A stretch of DNA of 64,000 bases from Asterias rubens (Eukaryota), in the NCBI RefSeq assembly GCF_902459465.1, contig NC_047071.1:4216001-4280000 (forward strand). The letters run 5' to 3'. Within the stretch, counting starts at the first letter, position 1. Every line of letters starts with the position of its first letter. The notes beneath the pieces are model-generated. The model was not told the DNA's origin, did not search any database, and saw only the letters and a program-made list of their open reading frames with translations. Of the stretch, positions 24,201 through 36,900 are shown piece after piece. The position numbers and the translations under genes are program-made.

Positions 24201-25597
24201 GAAATCATGAGATGTATACTTTATATGTAGTTGTACTTTCAGTGGTAGGGAAAGTAGATATTTGATGTGAAAATGTTTGAAGCGGTTCTTTAAGATGTTC
24301 AAAAGAATAGAAAGTACAAATGAAAGCTGCTATTGCAGTAATGTAATTCAATTTCAAACCATTAAGGTTTTTTCCAGTATCAATACAATTTTTTGTAAAA
24401 TCCCTATTACAAATACCTGCCACGTTCACATTTAATTGGATTTGTCCAGATTTTTGTTATTACAAGCCGCAAAAAAATTCCTATTTCTGACAAGATAAGA
24501 GACAGCAATGAACAAGTTCAAAATTTCAATAAGTTCTGGGTTTTTAGATATCGCTAAAAACCTGAGCGAATATGTCCACACAGGAATATCCCTAAAAGGA
24601 ATACACAATCTGATTAACATAACTGATTGTGACGCTTCTCAGATTCAAATTTTTGGAGCAAAAAACTGATATCTTGTGTTCATAACAAGATTACTTTGAA
24701 GTAGAAATTTTCTCAAAATACTTTTAACTATCGAAAGCTCCCTTAGGCTTGTAACCATAAGTGTTTTATTGCCATTTTTTTTAAGAGCAACTACCAAAGG
24801 TGTACCTTTCCTTTAAAGACCTTTATCATGGTGCGGCCATCTTGATTTTGTCCCCAATCCAAATCAATGTAACCAAACCGAGACTGCGAGAAAAAATAGT
24901 CTGGTTACTTTCTTGTGCAATGAGTGTTAGCATTGATTACTACTACTGGATACAGGGAACAATACCAAAATGGTGGCTGTATGGTAAAGGTCTATACCAT
25001 ACCCTATTTAATACATTCCAACTTGAATACATCAGGCACATACAGAGTACATTGTAATATTAAACCTTGTATTCGTCCATAAGACTTTATTTTCTGACAA
25101 AGTACTGTAGTAAAACTGTTTCTTTTGACTGAATGAATAAATAGGCATTTAATAAGTTTGCAATGATACCAAGATTGAGCCGTGTTGTGTTTTTGTTTAA
25201 GTATAAATAAATGTTTGGTTTACTACTAATCACATGCTTACAGTAGTAAGTCATGCATATGTATAGAAACAAAAGTTTTGAATATATTTTATGTTTGCAC
25301 AAAGATTTGAGATTCATATCACAATTGTGAGATGAATTGTCAGTATCACCATTGTGATTTGTGGTGTTACATTACACTTTGCTAAGCAATTCAGATTGAT
25401 TCGCACTTGAGACCACCCTCAGCACTTGAGATTAAGCTCAGGGCTACATTTTCTGGTAACTAATGTCGGACAAACTATGGGTACCCCCCCCCCCCCCCCA
25501 CACCCTGAGATTCTGTGTCGTGTCCCGCCGCCCCCCCCCCCCCCCCCCCCCATAATTTGGCAAATTGCGTACAGAAATTCCGTCTGATAGCGACACA

Positions 25598-26915
25598 TTA
25601 AAGCTTGGATGGATGGTTTTGAGCACCCTTCAGCTCCAAACTGTCCATGTATTTAAACAAAGTCTTGGTGTATTCTTCTGGGTATTTCTGAAGCCCTCCA
25701 GCGTGAGGTGCATCATCCCAAGCCTTAAGATGCGCAAGTTGTCCAGTGCGGTCGGCCCAGCACCTGACGAAGTCTTCCATGGTTTTAGTTTTACACATTG
25801 GATCAACAGCCGAGTAGAACACCAAGAGAGGAGTTTGAAATGGATTCTTATACATCGCTGCTTTGGCCTCGTTCATTACTCTCTGAGTATACTTGTACGT
25901 CAGTAGATAGTACACATGAGCTACGGAGAATATTAACTGCTGCATCAACCAACGACTTGAGAGGATGTGTGCCACGCCCTTCACCCTGTCCCATGGTCCC
26001 TCAATGATCATGCTATCGAAGACGTGCCCAACGATGCGGTCTCGAAGCTCGCCGATTTCCTTACTGTTCTCTGCAAGCATCTGAGATAGTAGGATGGAGT
26101 ACACAACTGAACCTATAGAGAAAGCATGCACGATGATGGGTGATGCTGCCACGTCTGTATGAGTCAGGAGAATATGAATGATTTCCCTGGCGATGACTTT
26201 GGCACTGCTCGGCCAGTAGTAGTAGGAGGACTTTGGGAAGAGGGTCAAGACATTGTAGCCTCTTCTGGCATAGAGTTGCCTGTAGCGTTTAATTGCTTTC
26301 TCGGTGCATGTCATCCATGGCATCAGAAGAACCAGTGGTGTTTCAGCATCTTCAAATGAGAATTGGAAACTGTTGAAGAAACTGTACAGACTCAAGAAAG
26401 GCTCGATCGGACTTAGACGGGAGAAGGGCGACAGGGAGCCAGACCACTTCTGAATCTGAATCTGAATTACATGTACATAGTCAGCAAAGTATCCTATGGA
26501 AACATATAACACCAACTTGTTGAAGAAGCCAATTAAGAAATTTAAGTTTAAGACATGGGAGCAGGTAGGGACTGAAAACCCCAATCCATGTAAGGCTCTG
26601 GTCCAGGCAGGGCATCGAACCAGGGTCCATAGAGGTGAAAGGCAGGGACACAAAACCACTGAATTATCCCGACTGGCTGCCCAGAATCGTGTCAAGGGCC
26701 ACAACAAGGACTCAAATACTGACTTTATTCCTGTTCAATCAGTGCAAGGGAAACAGGTCAGAAATTAATGATTGTTTTTAAACAGAGATATTTAATGATG
26801 TTTACCTAGTCAGTTTCCCTGGTGGTTTATTACTTGATATTTATTGATACTTACTTGATTTGTATTTATGTAATCTTAGAGAAGGAGACACATCAATGAC
26901 TTCAGCAGCTTCCAT
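25598..26915 (-). CDS. TMEM53/DUF829-like alpha/beta-hydrolase-fold protein with C-terminal SKL
   Basis: Main exon from ~26455 (or an internal acceptor near 26370) to the stop at 25598: PLVLLMPW...IIVHAFSIG...GHVFDS...PLLVFYSAVDPM...WDDAPHAG...HPSKL*. Candidate ATG exon 26933-26855 (ATG 26915, MEAAEVIDVSPSLRLHKYKS, donor gtaagt). The junction phase is unresolved. The ORF-track N-terminus (26456-26707) runs through a SINE and is probably not coding. Confidence 0.8.
26520..26700 (-). mobile_element. SINE-like repeat in the TMEM53-like intron
   Basis: Contains a B-box-like gggcatcgaaccagggtcc on the + strand reading; a similar segment occurs at ~34130-34185. Confidence 0.5.
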
Positions 26916-27859
26916 ACTGGTTCATTTAATCTCCTAAAATCAACAACCAATTCAAGATTTACCATAAGTTTGTGTAACAATAGATTTGCAAGATTTTCCT
27001 TTACAGGGATATTCTACTGGAACCCACTGTTAGTTTCAATCCTTTGTTATAGATGTAGATAACATAAAAACTAACCTGTAAAAATTTTCATTTCAAAAGG
27101 TGTTAGTGTTTTTAAGATATCGCTGAATATCTTGAGTGGTTGTGTCCGCGCAGGAAGAATAATCTACAATTTACAATACACAATCTAAGAAGCGTCACTG
27201 TCAGTAATGCTTCTCAGATTCAATTTTGGTGGATAAAATGAGATATCTTTTTCCACAACCAGTACTTTGAAGTGACAAGTTTCTCAAAATGCACTGTACT
27301 CTCCAAAGCTGTGTACTACTTACCAAGTTAAAGAATAACATGTAAAAAATGAAATTGTAGGAGCTAAGAAAATCTGCTACTCTGAAGCACAGTTCCATTC
27401 TTGTTGATACAAGTTTAAATACAATACTAAAGACACATGTTTTTTAGTTTTCATTTTACATAAACATTGTAAAAATTATTGCCAAGTCTACTTACAGAAA
27501 TGATTATGATGACTCTGCTTTTTTTCTTCGCCTTTGTTTGACGGCGATCATTCTGAATAAACCATCTCACAAGGTAAGGTTAAGTTATCATAATATATTC
27601 ATGCTGCAGATTTTATTTGTATTGTTGGAAATGGATTATCATTCGATTCAGGAACACACGACCGGTGTGTTTGCAGAATAGCTCACGCCATCCCTGGTCA
27701 AAGTACGTTTGGGGGGGGGGGGGGGTATGTGACAGAACATTTCAAGGACTAGACCAAATCAGTTTGACTATTAATATCTTTTGTCCACAGTAATTGAAAA
27801 TATAATAGCGTGTGAAGAGATCAATGCCCACTGAGTGGGACCTTTGGAATCTTTTTAAT

Positions 27860-30800
27860 ATGTTTTAAAAAAAACTTCTTTGATGTAATAGGCTCAATTT
27901 GATAAAAATACTGGACTTGACCCCATGTGATTTGTTTGACTTCTGACCCATATTTAATAAAAACGATGGACTTATTCACCCCCTTGTGATTTTTTCTGAT
28001 TTTTGACCATATTTTGCTAAAAATGCAGGACTTACCCATTATGATATTTTTCAATTTTCACCCATATTTTGATAAAAAGGCTGAACTTACCCCTTGTTAT
28101 ATTTTCGTTTTTTACCCATATTTTGATAAAAATACAGGACTTACCCCTTGTGATTTTTAAAATTTTTGACCCATATTTTGATAAAAATGCTGGACTTCTG
28201 GACTTACCCCTTGTGATCTTTTTAAATTTTTGACCCATATTTTGATTAAAATGCTGAACTTACCCCTTGTGATATTTTTCATTTTGGACCCATATTTTGA
28301 TAAAAATGCAGGACTTACCCCTTGTGATTTTTTTGTAATTTTTTCACCCATATTTTGATAAAAAATGCTGGACTTACCCCTTGTGATTTTTTCATTTTTG
28401 ACCCATATTTTGATAAAAATGCTGGACTAAGCCCTTGTGATATTTTTCATTTTTGACCCATATTTTGATAAAAATGCTGGACTTACCCCTTGTGATATTT
28501 TTCATTTTTGACCCATATTTTGATAAACATGCTGGACTTACCCCTTGTGATTTTGTTCATGTTTGACCCATATTTTGATAAAAATGCAGGACTTAACCCT
28601 TGTGATTTTTTTCATTTTTGACTGGACTTACCCCTTGTGATATTTTTCATTTTTGACCCATATTTTGATAAAAATGCTGGACTTACCCCTTGTGATTTTT
28701 TTCATTTTTGACCCATATTTTGATACAAATGCTGTTATTTCATTTTTGACTCATAGTTTGATAAAAATGCTGGACTTACCCCTTGTGTTATTTTTCATTT
28801 TTGACCCGTATTTTGATAAAAATGCAGGACTTTACCCTTGTGATTTTTTTTCATTTTTGACTGGACTTACCCCTTGTGATATGTTTCATATTTGACCCAT
28901 ATTTTGATAAAAATGCTGGACTTACCCCCTTGTGTTTAGTTTTCATTTTTGACCCATATTTTGATAAAAGTGCAGGACTTAACCCTTGTGATTTTTTTCA
29001 TTTTTGACTGGACTTACCCCTTGTGATATGTTTCATTTTGACCCATATTTTGATAAAAGTGCAGGACTTAACCCTTGTGATTTTTTTCATTTTTGACCCA
29101 TATTTTGATTAAAATGCTGGACTTAACCCTTGTGATATTTTTCATTTTGTACCCATATTTTGATAAAAATGCAGGACTTACCCCTTGTGATTTTTTTGTA
29201 ATTTTTTACCCATATTTTGATAAAAAATGCTGGACTTACCCCTTGTTATATTTTTCATTTTGGACCCATATTTTGATAAAAATGCAGGACTTACCCCTTG
29301 TGATATTGTTCATGTTTGACCCATATTTTGATAAAAATGCTGGACTTAACCCTTGTGATATTTTTCATTTTTGACTGGACTTACCCCTTGTGATATTTTT
29401 CATTTTTGACCCATATTTTGATAAAAGTGCAGGACTTAACCCTTGTGATTTTTTTCATTTTTGACCCATATTTTGATTAAAATGCTGGACTTACCCCTTG
29501 TGATATTTTTCATTTTGGACCCATATTTTGATAAAAATGCAGGACTTACCCCTTGTGATTTTTTTGTAATTTTTTACCCATATTTTGATAAAAAATGCTG
29601 GACTTACCCCTTGTGATATTTTTCATTTTGGACCCATATTTTGATAAAAATGCAGGACTTACCCCTTGTGATATTTTTCATTTTTTACCCATGTTTTGAT
29701 AAACATGCTGGACTTACCCCTTGTGATTTTGTTCATGTTTGACCCATATTTTGATAAAAATGCTGGACTTAACCCTTTTGATTTTTTTCATTTTTGACTG
29801 GACTTACCCCTTGTGATATTTTTCATTTTTGACCCATATTTTGATAAAAATGCTGGACTTACCCCTTGTGATTTTGTTCATTTTTGACCCATATTTTGAT
29901 ATAAATGCTGGACTAACCCCTTGTGATATGTTTCATATTTGACCCATATTTTGATAAAAATGCTGGACTAAACCCTTGTTATATTTTTTTTTCATTTTTG
30001 ACCCATATTTTGATAAACATGCTGGACTTACCCCTTGTGATTTTGTTCATGTTTGACCCATATTTTGATAAAAATGCTGGACTAACCCCTTGTGATATTT
30101 TCATTTTTGACCCATATTTTGATAAAAATGCAGGACTTTACCCTTGTGATTTTTTTCATTTTTGACTGGACTTACCCCTTGTGATATTTTTCATTTTTGA
30201 CCCATATTTTGATAAAAGTGCTGGACTTAACCCTTGTGATTTTTTGCATTTTTGACCCATATTTTGATTAAAATGCTGGACTTACCCCTTGTGATATTTT
30301 TCATTTTGGACCCATATTTTGATAAAAATGCAGGACTTACCCCTTGTGATTTTTTTGTAATTTTTTACCCATATTTTGAAAAAAAATGCTGGACTTACCC
30401 CTTGTGATATTTTTCATTTTTTACCCATATTTTGATAAACATGCTGGACTTACCCCTTGTGATTTTGTTCATGTTTGACCCATATTTTGATAAAAATGCT
30501 GGACTAACCCCTTGTGATTTTTTTCATTTTTGACTGGACTTACCCCTTGTGATATTTTTCATTTTTGACCCATATTTTGATAAAAATGCTGGACTTGCCC
30601 CTTGTGATTTTGTTCATTTTTGACCCATATTTTGATATAAATGCTGGACTAACCCCTTGTGATTTTTTTCATTTTTGACTGGACTTACCCCTTGTGATTT
30701 TGTTCATGTTTGACCCATATTTTGATAAAAATGCTGGACTAACCCCTTGTGATATTTTTCATTTTTGACCCATATTTTGATAAAAATGCAGGACTTAACC

Positions 30801-31070
30801 CTTGTGATTTTTTTCATTTTTGACTGGACTTACCCCTCGTGATATTTTTCATTTTTGACCAATATTTTGAAAAAAAATGCAGGACTTTACCCTTGTGATT
30901 TTTTTCATTTTTGACTGGACTTACCCCTTGTGATATTTTCTTATTTGACCCATATTTTGATAAAAATGCTGTGATTTTTTTCATTTTTGACCCATATTTT
31001 GATAAAAATGCTGGACTTACCCCTTGTGATATTTTTCATTTTTGACCCATATTTTGAAAAAAAATGTATT
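27860..31070. repeat. ~3.2-kb tandem satellite, 55-bp unit with ~34-bp truncated variants
   Basis: Unit ctggacttaccccttgtgatatttttcatttttgacccatattttgataaaaatg; the short variant drops the cccatattttgataaaaatg block. Left edge degraded, right edge sharp. Confidence 0.97.
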
Positions 31071-31884
31071 TTGGGGTTATAAATAAAGACAAAATAAGTT
31101 AACAGATCAGAGAAATACACAAAATCATGGCAGATTTAAAATTTACAGAATGTTGCATTGAATTTTAATTGTGATTAAATCATGGTGCTGTTGAACAAAA
31201 CATTCTAGACCAAAGATCTGAGTTTTTTTAATATAAAACTTCTAGTGGAATGTTGAATACATTAACTTCCTGTTAGATATCTGAATTTGGAAATGCAAAA
31301 TGAATTACAAACACAAAATACAACTTTTAAAGATGAAGTACTCTACAGAAAAATGAAAAACTAAAAATACACAATTTCTGTTTAGCTTACCTACAAAAAA
31401 AGGTGGCTCTGTTCCATTAAACAAGCTTAGATTTATCTTAAGCATAAAAATATAAAAAAGGCCTATGTTGTAGTTTAGTACTACCAGCCAATTTATAAAG
31501 TACTGCAGAGTACTATGTAGTCGAGTAATGTAGTACTAAAGCACAAGTACTAAGGCAATAGAGTACTAGTGCAGGTGGCCTAGTACTGAGTATTCTGATA
31601 TCCGAGTACCGACTCCCCTGCCGAGTACCAAGTACTTGGATCTCCATGTATGAGTACCAGTCTAGCTTCCGAGTACCAAATACTCTGATAGTACAACAGC
31701 CGAGTACCAAGTACTTGGATCTCCGAGTGACCCTAAGAGTCACATGTCTGTTACATTACAAGTAGTACATATAAAATGAATTTCCTTTGATTTCATTTAC
31801 AAATAAAGCTAATGTTGTGTATAAAAAATTATATAAAAGTCGCTTTTATGAAATGTTAGCATGGAACATTATTGTGACTGAACT

Positions 31885-32150
31885 CTAGGTGGCAGTTGAC
31901 TTACCAGGTAAATTTCCATAGACCTTTTCGCAAATACTGTGTGTGCGGCATTTAGGTGTGGAATGAGGTGCATGCTGGTCTAGGTAGTGATCAGGATTAA
32001 TTACTAGCTCGACCAGCTTGCACCTCATTCAACAATTTGCGCTAGCGCAACGGGTTATTGCGAAAAGGTCTATTGTTTAGTTCTGAGCTTGTGCATATTT
32101 CCAAAGAACAATGAAATTACCTGATAAGTCTGCTGCCACCTAGCATTCCA
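31885..32150. mobile_element. MITE with TAGGTGGCAGCAGACTTACCAGGTAA TIRs; relatives 10570-10730 and 59983-60235 (the latter with a nested hairpin MITE)
   Basis: ctaggtggcagttgacttaccaggtaaatt...aattacctgataagtctgctgccacctag. Confidence 0.7.
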
Positions 32151-33194
32151 AAGATCTCCTACTGTATGCGATGTTCTTTTGTCATTCCCGATGTGTAGAC
32201 TCAGTTTGAAGAAAGGAATGTTTCTGGTACTCAAAAACAAAAAATAATTTGAATCCCTCACAATTGATTTTGCATGTAAGTCCAAGGATAATTAAGAAAT
32301 ACACTGTGGTGAAGTTTAAAAACATACACCTTTGTAATTGCAAAAATCATTTTGATATTTACAAACACAAAAAAACTGTTTTTCAGTTTTCCATAGTGAT
32401 ATTTATTTTTTTTCAAAGAGGAAATCAGCTGATTCTCTGAAAAGTTTCAAGCATTGGTTCAGGAAAATCTGCTAGAAATGAAAACATATCTTTATATGAA
32501 TTTGTTAAACTGAGGCGTGCATTTTACAACAATTTAATTAGGATATAGATCTCTTTAAAAACAAAAAACATTATACCAGAAGACAGTCAGTGTGAGTAAT
32601 AAACAAACTGATTAAAACATAAAGATTAAAATGCAAATCTTGTTTAAGTAAGTAACATTTGCAAGAACACTATAAAAATCATCAATTACTTTGAACTGAA
32701 TTAAAAAATGATAAAATCTGTTAAAAATAACTTAAAAAAACATGGCACTTTGTTTATTTATTTATTTTGTTTATCTGAATATAAAATATTTTGTATCAAA
32801 ATAATGTGGCAAGGATTGATCAGAAGTACATGTCTATATTAAAAAGTTACTGATATAAAAAATGATATGAAATATTAACATGTAAGAGTTTGAAAACTTT
32901 GAATGTTTTTTAATTTTTACAGATTATAGGATAATATATTTTTTTACACTAAAGTTGAGCTGCTTATTATAGATTTATATCATTTTGTTCAATGTAAAAT
33001 ATTGGCAATTAATCTTTTAAAGAGGCACAAAAGATGTTCGTCAGGAGTGATGGATGTGAGGTTCAGTTTTTGCCTCATTACTTGATTTAAATTGAGATTT
33101 TCTTTAGTCAAGAAAATCTAAATGAACAAAATTCTAGTTTGCTGAAATAGTTATCCAAACTGGGATACAAAAGTACTTTCTGTACCAAAACCTG

Positions 33195-33580
33195 TTAAAG
33201 GCAGTGGACACTATTGGTAATTACTCAAAATAATTATTAGCATAAAGCCTTTCTTGGTGACGAGTAATGGGTAGAGGTTGATGGTGTAAAACATTGTGAG
33301 AAATGGCTCCCTCTGAAGTGCCATAGTTTTCGAGAAAGAAGTAAATTTCCACGAATTTGATTTCGAGACCTCAGATTTAGAACTTGAGGTCTCGAAATCA
33401 ACCATCTAAATGCACACAACTTCATGTGACAAAGGTGTTTTTTCTTTCATTATTATCTCGCAAGTTCCATGACCGATTGAGCTCAAATTTTCAAAGGTTT
33501 GTTATTTTATGCATATGTTGAGATATACCAACTGTGAAAGCTAGTCTTTGACAATTACCAATAATGTCCACTGCCTTTAA
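33195..33580. mobile_element. Kolobok-like MITE (main family)
   Basis: Same TIRs and TTAA flanks; 3' of the PTP-like stop codon. Confidence 0.85.
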
Positions 33581-33902
33581 TCTGACCATAGTTGGGTGAA
33601 ATAACAACTAACTTAGTTAGTAAGGTCAACTAACTAGTCTCTGAAGGGTCAACCATACGACAAAGCAGGGGTAGAGTTTCCCAGGTATTTACCAGGGTTA
33701 AATAATCATGTGTGAATAGGTCAACCAAGTTTTCATGTGCCCAGTGTGAAGGGAGATTAGAATGGCTAGGTTGTACTGTTATCAGTTACTGTTCGATTAA
33801 ATCAACCATAATTAGCAGTCCAACTTACTGTACGGTGACTGTGTAGCTTAGCACTGTAGCTAAACGGTGACTGGGAAGCTTAGCACTCAACGAACGCAAC
33901 CT

Positions 33903-36900
33903 CTAACACAAGCTGATGTCTGCATCAATGTTAGCAGTCAAACCGCGAGTGAGCATGACGGAATACTCGTACAACACCTGTGAATCAACAGAGAAAGAAA
34001 TCAGCAAATGGAAGGTAGTGTCATAGAATTCCAACTACTCCAAAAATTAATGACCGTAAAAAACTTCCAATTTGTTTTTACCCTTACACCAATGTGTATT
34101 CAGTAATTCAGAAAAAAACACAACTCTACTCACATATGGCCCTAGCAAAGAATCGAACCAGGGCACACTGAGGTCAAAGGTTACGGTAAGGCCATCTCCG
34201 AATTAGCGGCTACAGCTAGGGCTACAGCTATATTACCGCACCATCATGCGTTTGGGTACAGCATGTCCTTAGCAACACCCTTAGCAACAGCCGTAGCCAG
34301 AGCTGTAGACGCCAAATCGGATAAAGCCTAAGTCTTCTTGAAGGCAAGTCCTACCTTATAAATGAAAGCATAATGTTCTCTCAGTAGCACTGCGGCCCCT
34401 CTGTCATGTCGGATGCTACAAACAATAGATGGTACATCCACGGTACACAGGTCCTCTAAGCTACGCATACCACTGTCCATGGCGAGTAGGGTACCAGTCC
34501 TACCACAGCCGTCACTGAAGAAAAAGAAGAAGCAAATAAACTGGGTCAATAGCTGGCTACTTTGCTGAGACAGTTTACTCTGTTATTTATTTCAATTCAA
34601 AGGGAAAAAAATTGGAGGGCCAAAGTTTAACAAAAAAAAACATTAGATCTTAACCATCACCAGGCACTAGGTGAGGTTTTGGGGAGCACCATGTGTAAAT
34701 TCTCTTTTGACTGGTACTTCCAACGTCCATGTGTTGGCAGATTCGCCTTCATTTGCTGCCAGTTTTCCTCAATCTTGTTTGTGTGCGACCCAAACTCATT
34801 TACAAACTCCTTGGAATGGTTGACGGTCTCATGTATCTAGCCGTGTTTGTCCAAGTTAATGTAAGCTTTCCAGCAGTCGGAAATTATAGTTGTGCCGAGA
34901 GCAATCCAGTCCCTTATGATGGGTAGAAGTGAATCCTAAGTACGTGTTTCAACAGTCACAATGAAGCATTTCCTAGATTCCTCTTCGATGCCCCCAAACA
35001 CCTATTGCCCCTCCACATAATGTCCCTGGTAGTATTTCCTCTTGCCGATTTTGCTCTCGTCAATCTGGACGCGCTTTCCTTCTCCGACAATTTGCTCCTT
35101 CCCCAGATTGAACATGACTTCCTCATACGTTTCGCGGCAAAACATGTCCCAACCGACCCCCGTGTGCTCTCCCAGCTGTAATTGTTGCCGTCAATGTGTC
35201 TGACAAAGGTCACAGCACCACCAATAAGTGAACTTTAAAACTTCCTCTATTGAAAGATTACTGTTGGGAAAACCAACTCTTGCTCCTGATGGATTTCTCG
35301 CATCAATATTTCTTGCCAGTCTTCCTTCTCCGGCACTCCCATTTCACTTTGTCCAGTCTATCACTGCACTCGACAAACACCATGTCTTCTCCACCTCTCA
35401 TAACTATTGGACAAGAACAACCAACCTACAGAATCAGATCGTAGAGGCGGCGCATTTATGCGAACATACCAACATCAACTTTCTGAAGTCATGAATTTTT
35501 GTACTGACTTGAATCAGCTCCACCAAGCCTATTAAAATGCCAAACAATGGAAACAAAAACTTGACACAGACGTCACCATGATGATGATGCTTACCTACAA
35601 TGGGCTACGATAGGACCGTAGGATTCTTGTACAGTTTGTCTAACTTGTAGTAAGAATGATATCATAACTGCGCTGCTAGCTGGAACATCAGAAGTCGGCC
35701 ATTGTGTAAACCAAAAGTGGGTGATTGGACGACACAGATTCTTCTGTTGAGGGGGCAAACAAATAAATACAGGCTATGATATGATAATTTCAGAAATATT
35801 GTTTATTACCCTCGTATATTTGGTTTGCAAAACGTATCTGTTAACTTTACTAGCACAGAGTGAATTTCTCTTTGGTCTTAACGTTTTGAATAGCTTGCTC
35901 TAGTCATCGTGAGGAGACTGAAGAGTGTGAGACACATTGATCGATTTATAGGGGTTCAGGGGCTTAACTTGACCTCATCTTCTGCTAAGCATAAAATATT
36001 GATTATAAATTTTCTGCTAAGTAACAAGGAGCTGGATACCAGTCATAAATTGTACATGAGACATGGTACTTTGGCTGGCCATCTTATTCTAGTAAGCATA
36101 ATTAATTTTGGCTTAGCTACTTTTTGTGCTAAAGCAGCTCTTTGAAATCGGGGCCAGATTGGTTCGCTGATTTTTAACTTCATCTTCGTATCTTACCTGG
36201 ATATTCTTAACAAGGAGTGTTGACATACAGTAGTTCTCAGTCAAGATACATCCTTGTCTCATCACCAAGATGTCACCGTAGAGCTGAGCTGCTTGGATGC
36301 CTTCCTCCCTCGGCCAGTACCACGGACACACCTGATGATAATCAATTAAGTACTTTAAAATACAGGTGCTTCAAAGCACTGACCAATAACCCTCTAATAT
36401 ACTGGTACCAGAGACTGCCAGAGGAAAGGCCCAGGCACGGCAAAACTATCAACAACAAAAAAACTGAATCTGAATCAACTTTGAGTTAAGCCATATCCGA
36501 ATTAGCAGCGGCTACAGTTTCAACTGTTACGAGGGGGTTGCTATAAGGACATGCTAAACTTCAACACGAGCTGAAGCAGAAATCCACCCAGACACATAGC
36601 TGTAGTCACTGATTTGGACACAGCCTTAGGACGTGTCCGAAACGGTGACTTTTGCTACAGCTACGGCTAGATCGTGCACGTCCCTGCCTATCTTTTAAAA
36701 CTGAAAGACCCGCTGATCTAGCAGTAGCTGTAGCAAAAGTCGCCAAAAAGGCCCCACATTGTGCTCGTCGTTTGACTTACCACTCCCATCTCCTCAGGTG
36801 AACAGAGACAGATCAGGGTTCTAGACTGCTGCTCCCATACCATCTCCCAGAAATCAGCTAGACTGGTACCCCATGGAGCTGCAGTGGCAATGTAACGATA

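Noticed and set aside
26456-26707. N-terminal 84 aa of the 369-aa ORF
   Set aside because: Runs through a SINE and intron-like sequence ending in tandem acceptors; probably open by chance.
27560-27700. Plus-strand splice-like signals (caag|gtaagg; tttgcag|...caaa|gtacgt)
   Set aside because: No ORF or partner exons found; could be a lncRNA but is unsupported from sequence alone.
27860-31070. CRISPR-like array or short ORFs (MTHILIKMLDLPLV...)
   Set aside because: Head-to-tail satellite with no unique spacers, in a eukaryotic genome; the ORFs are repeat translations.
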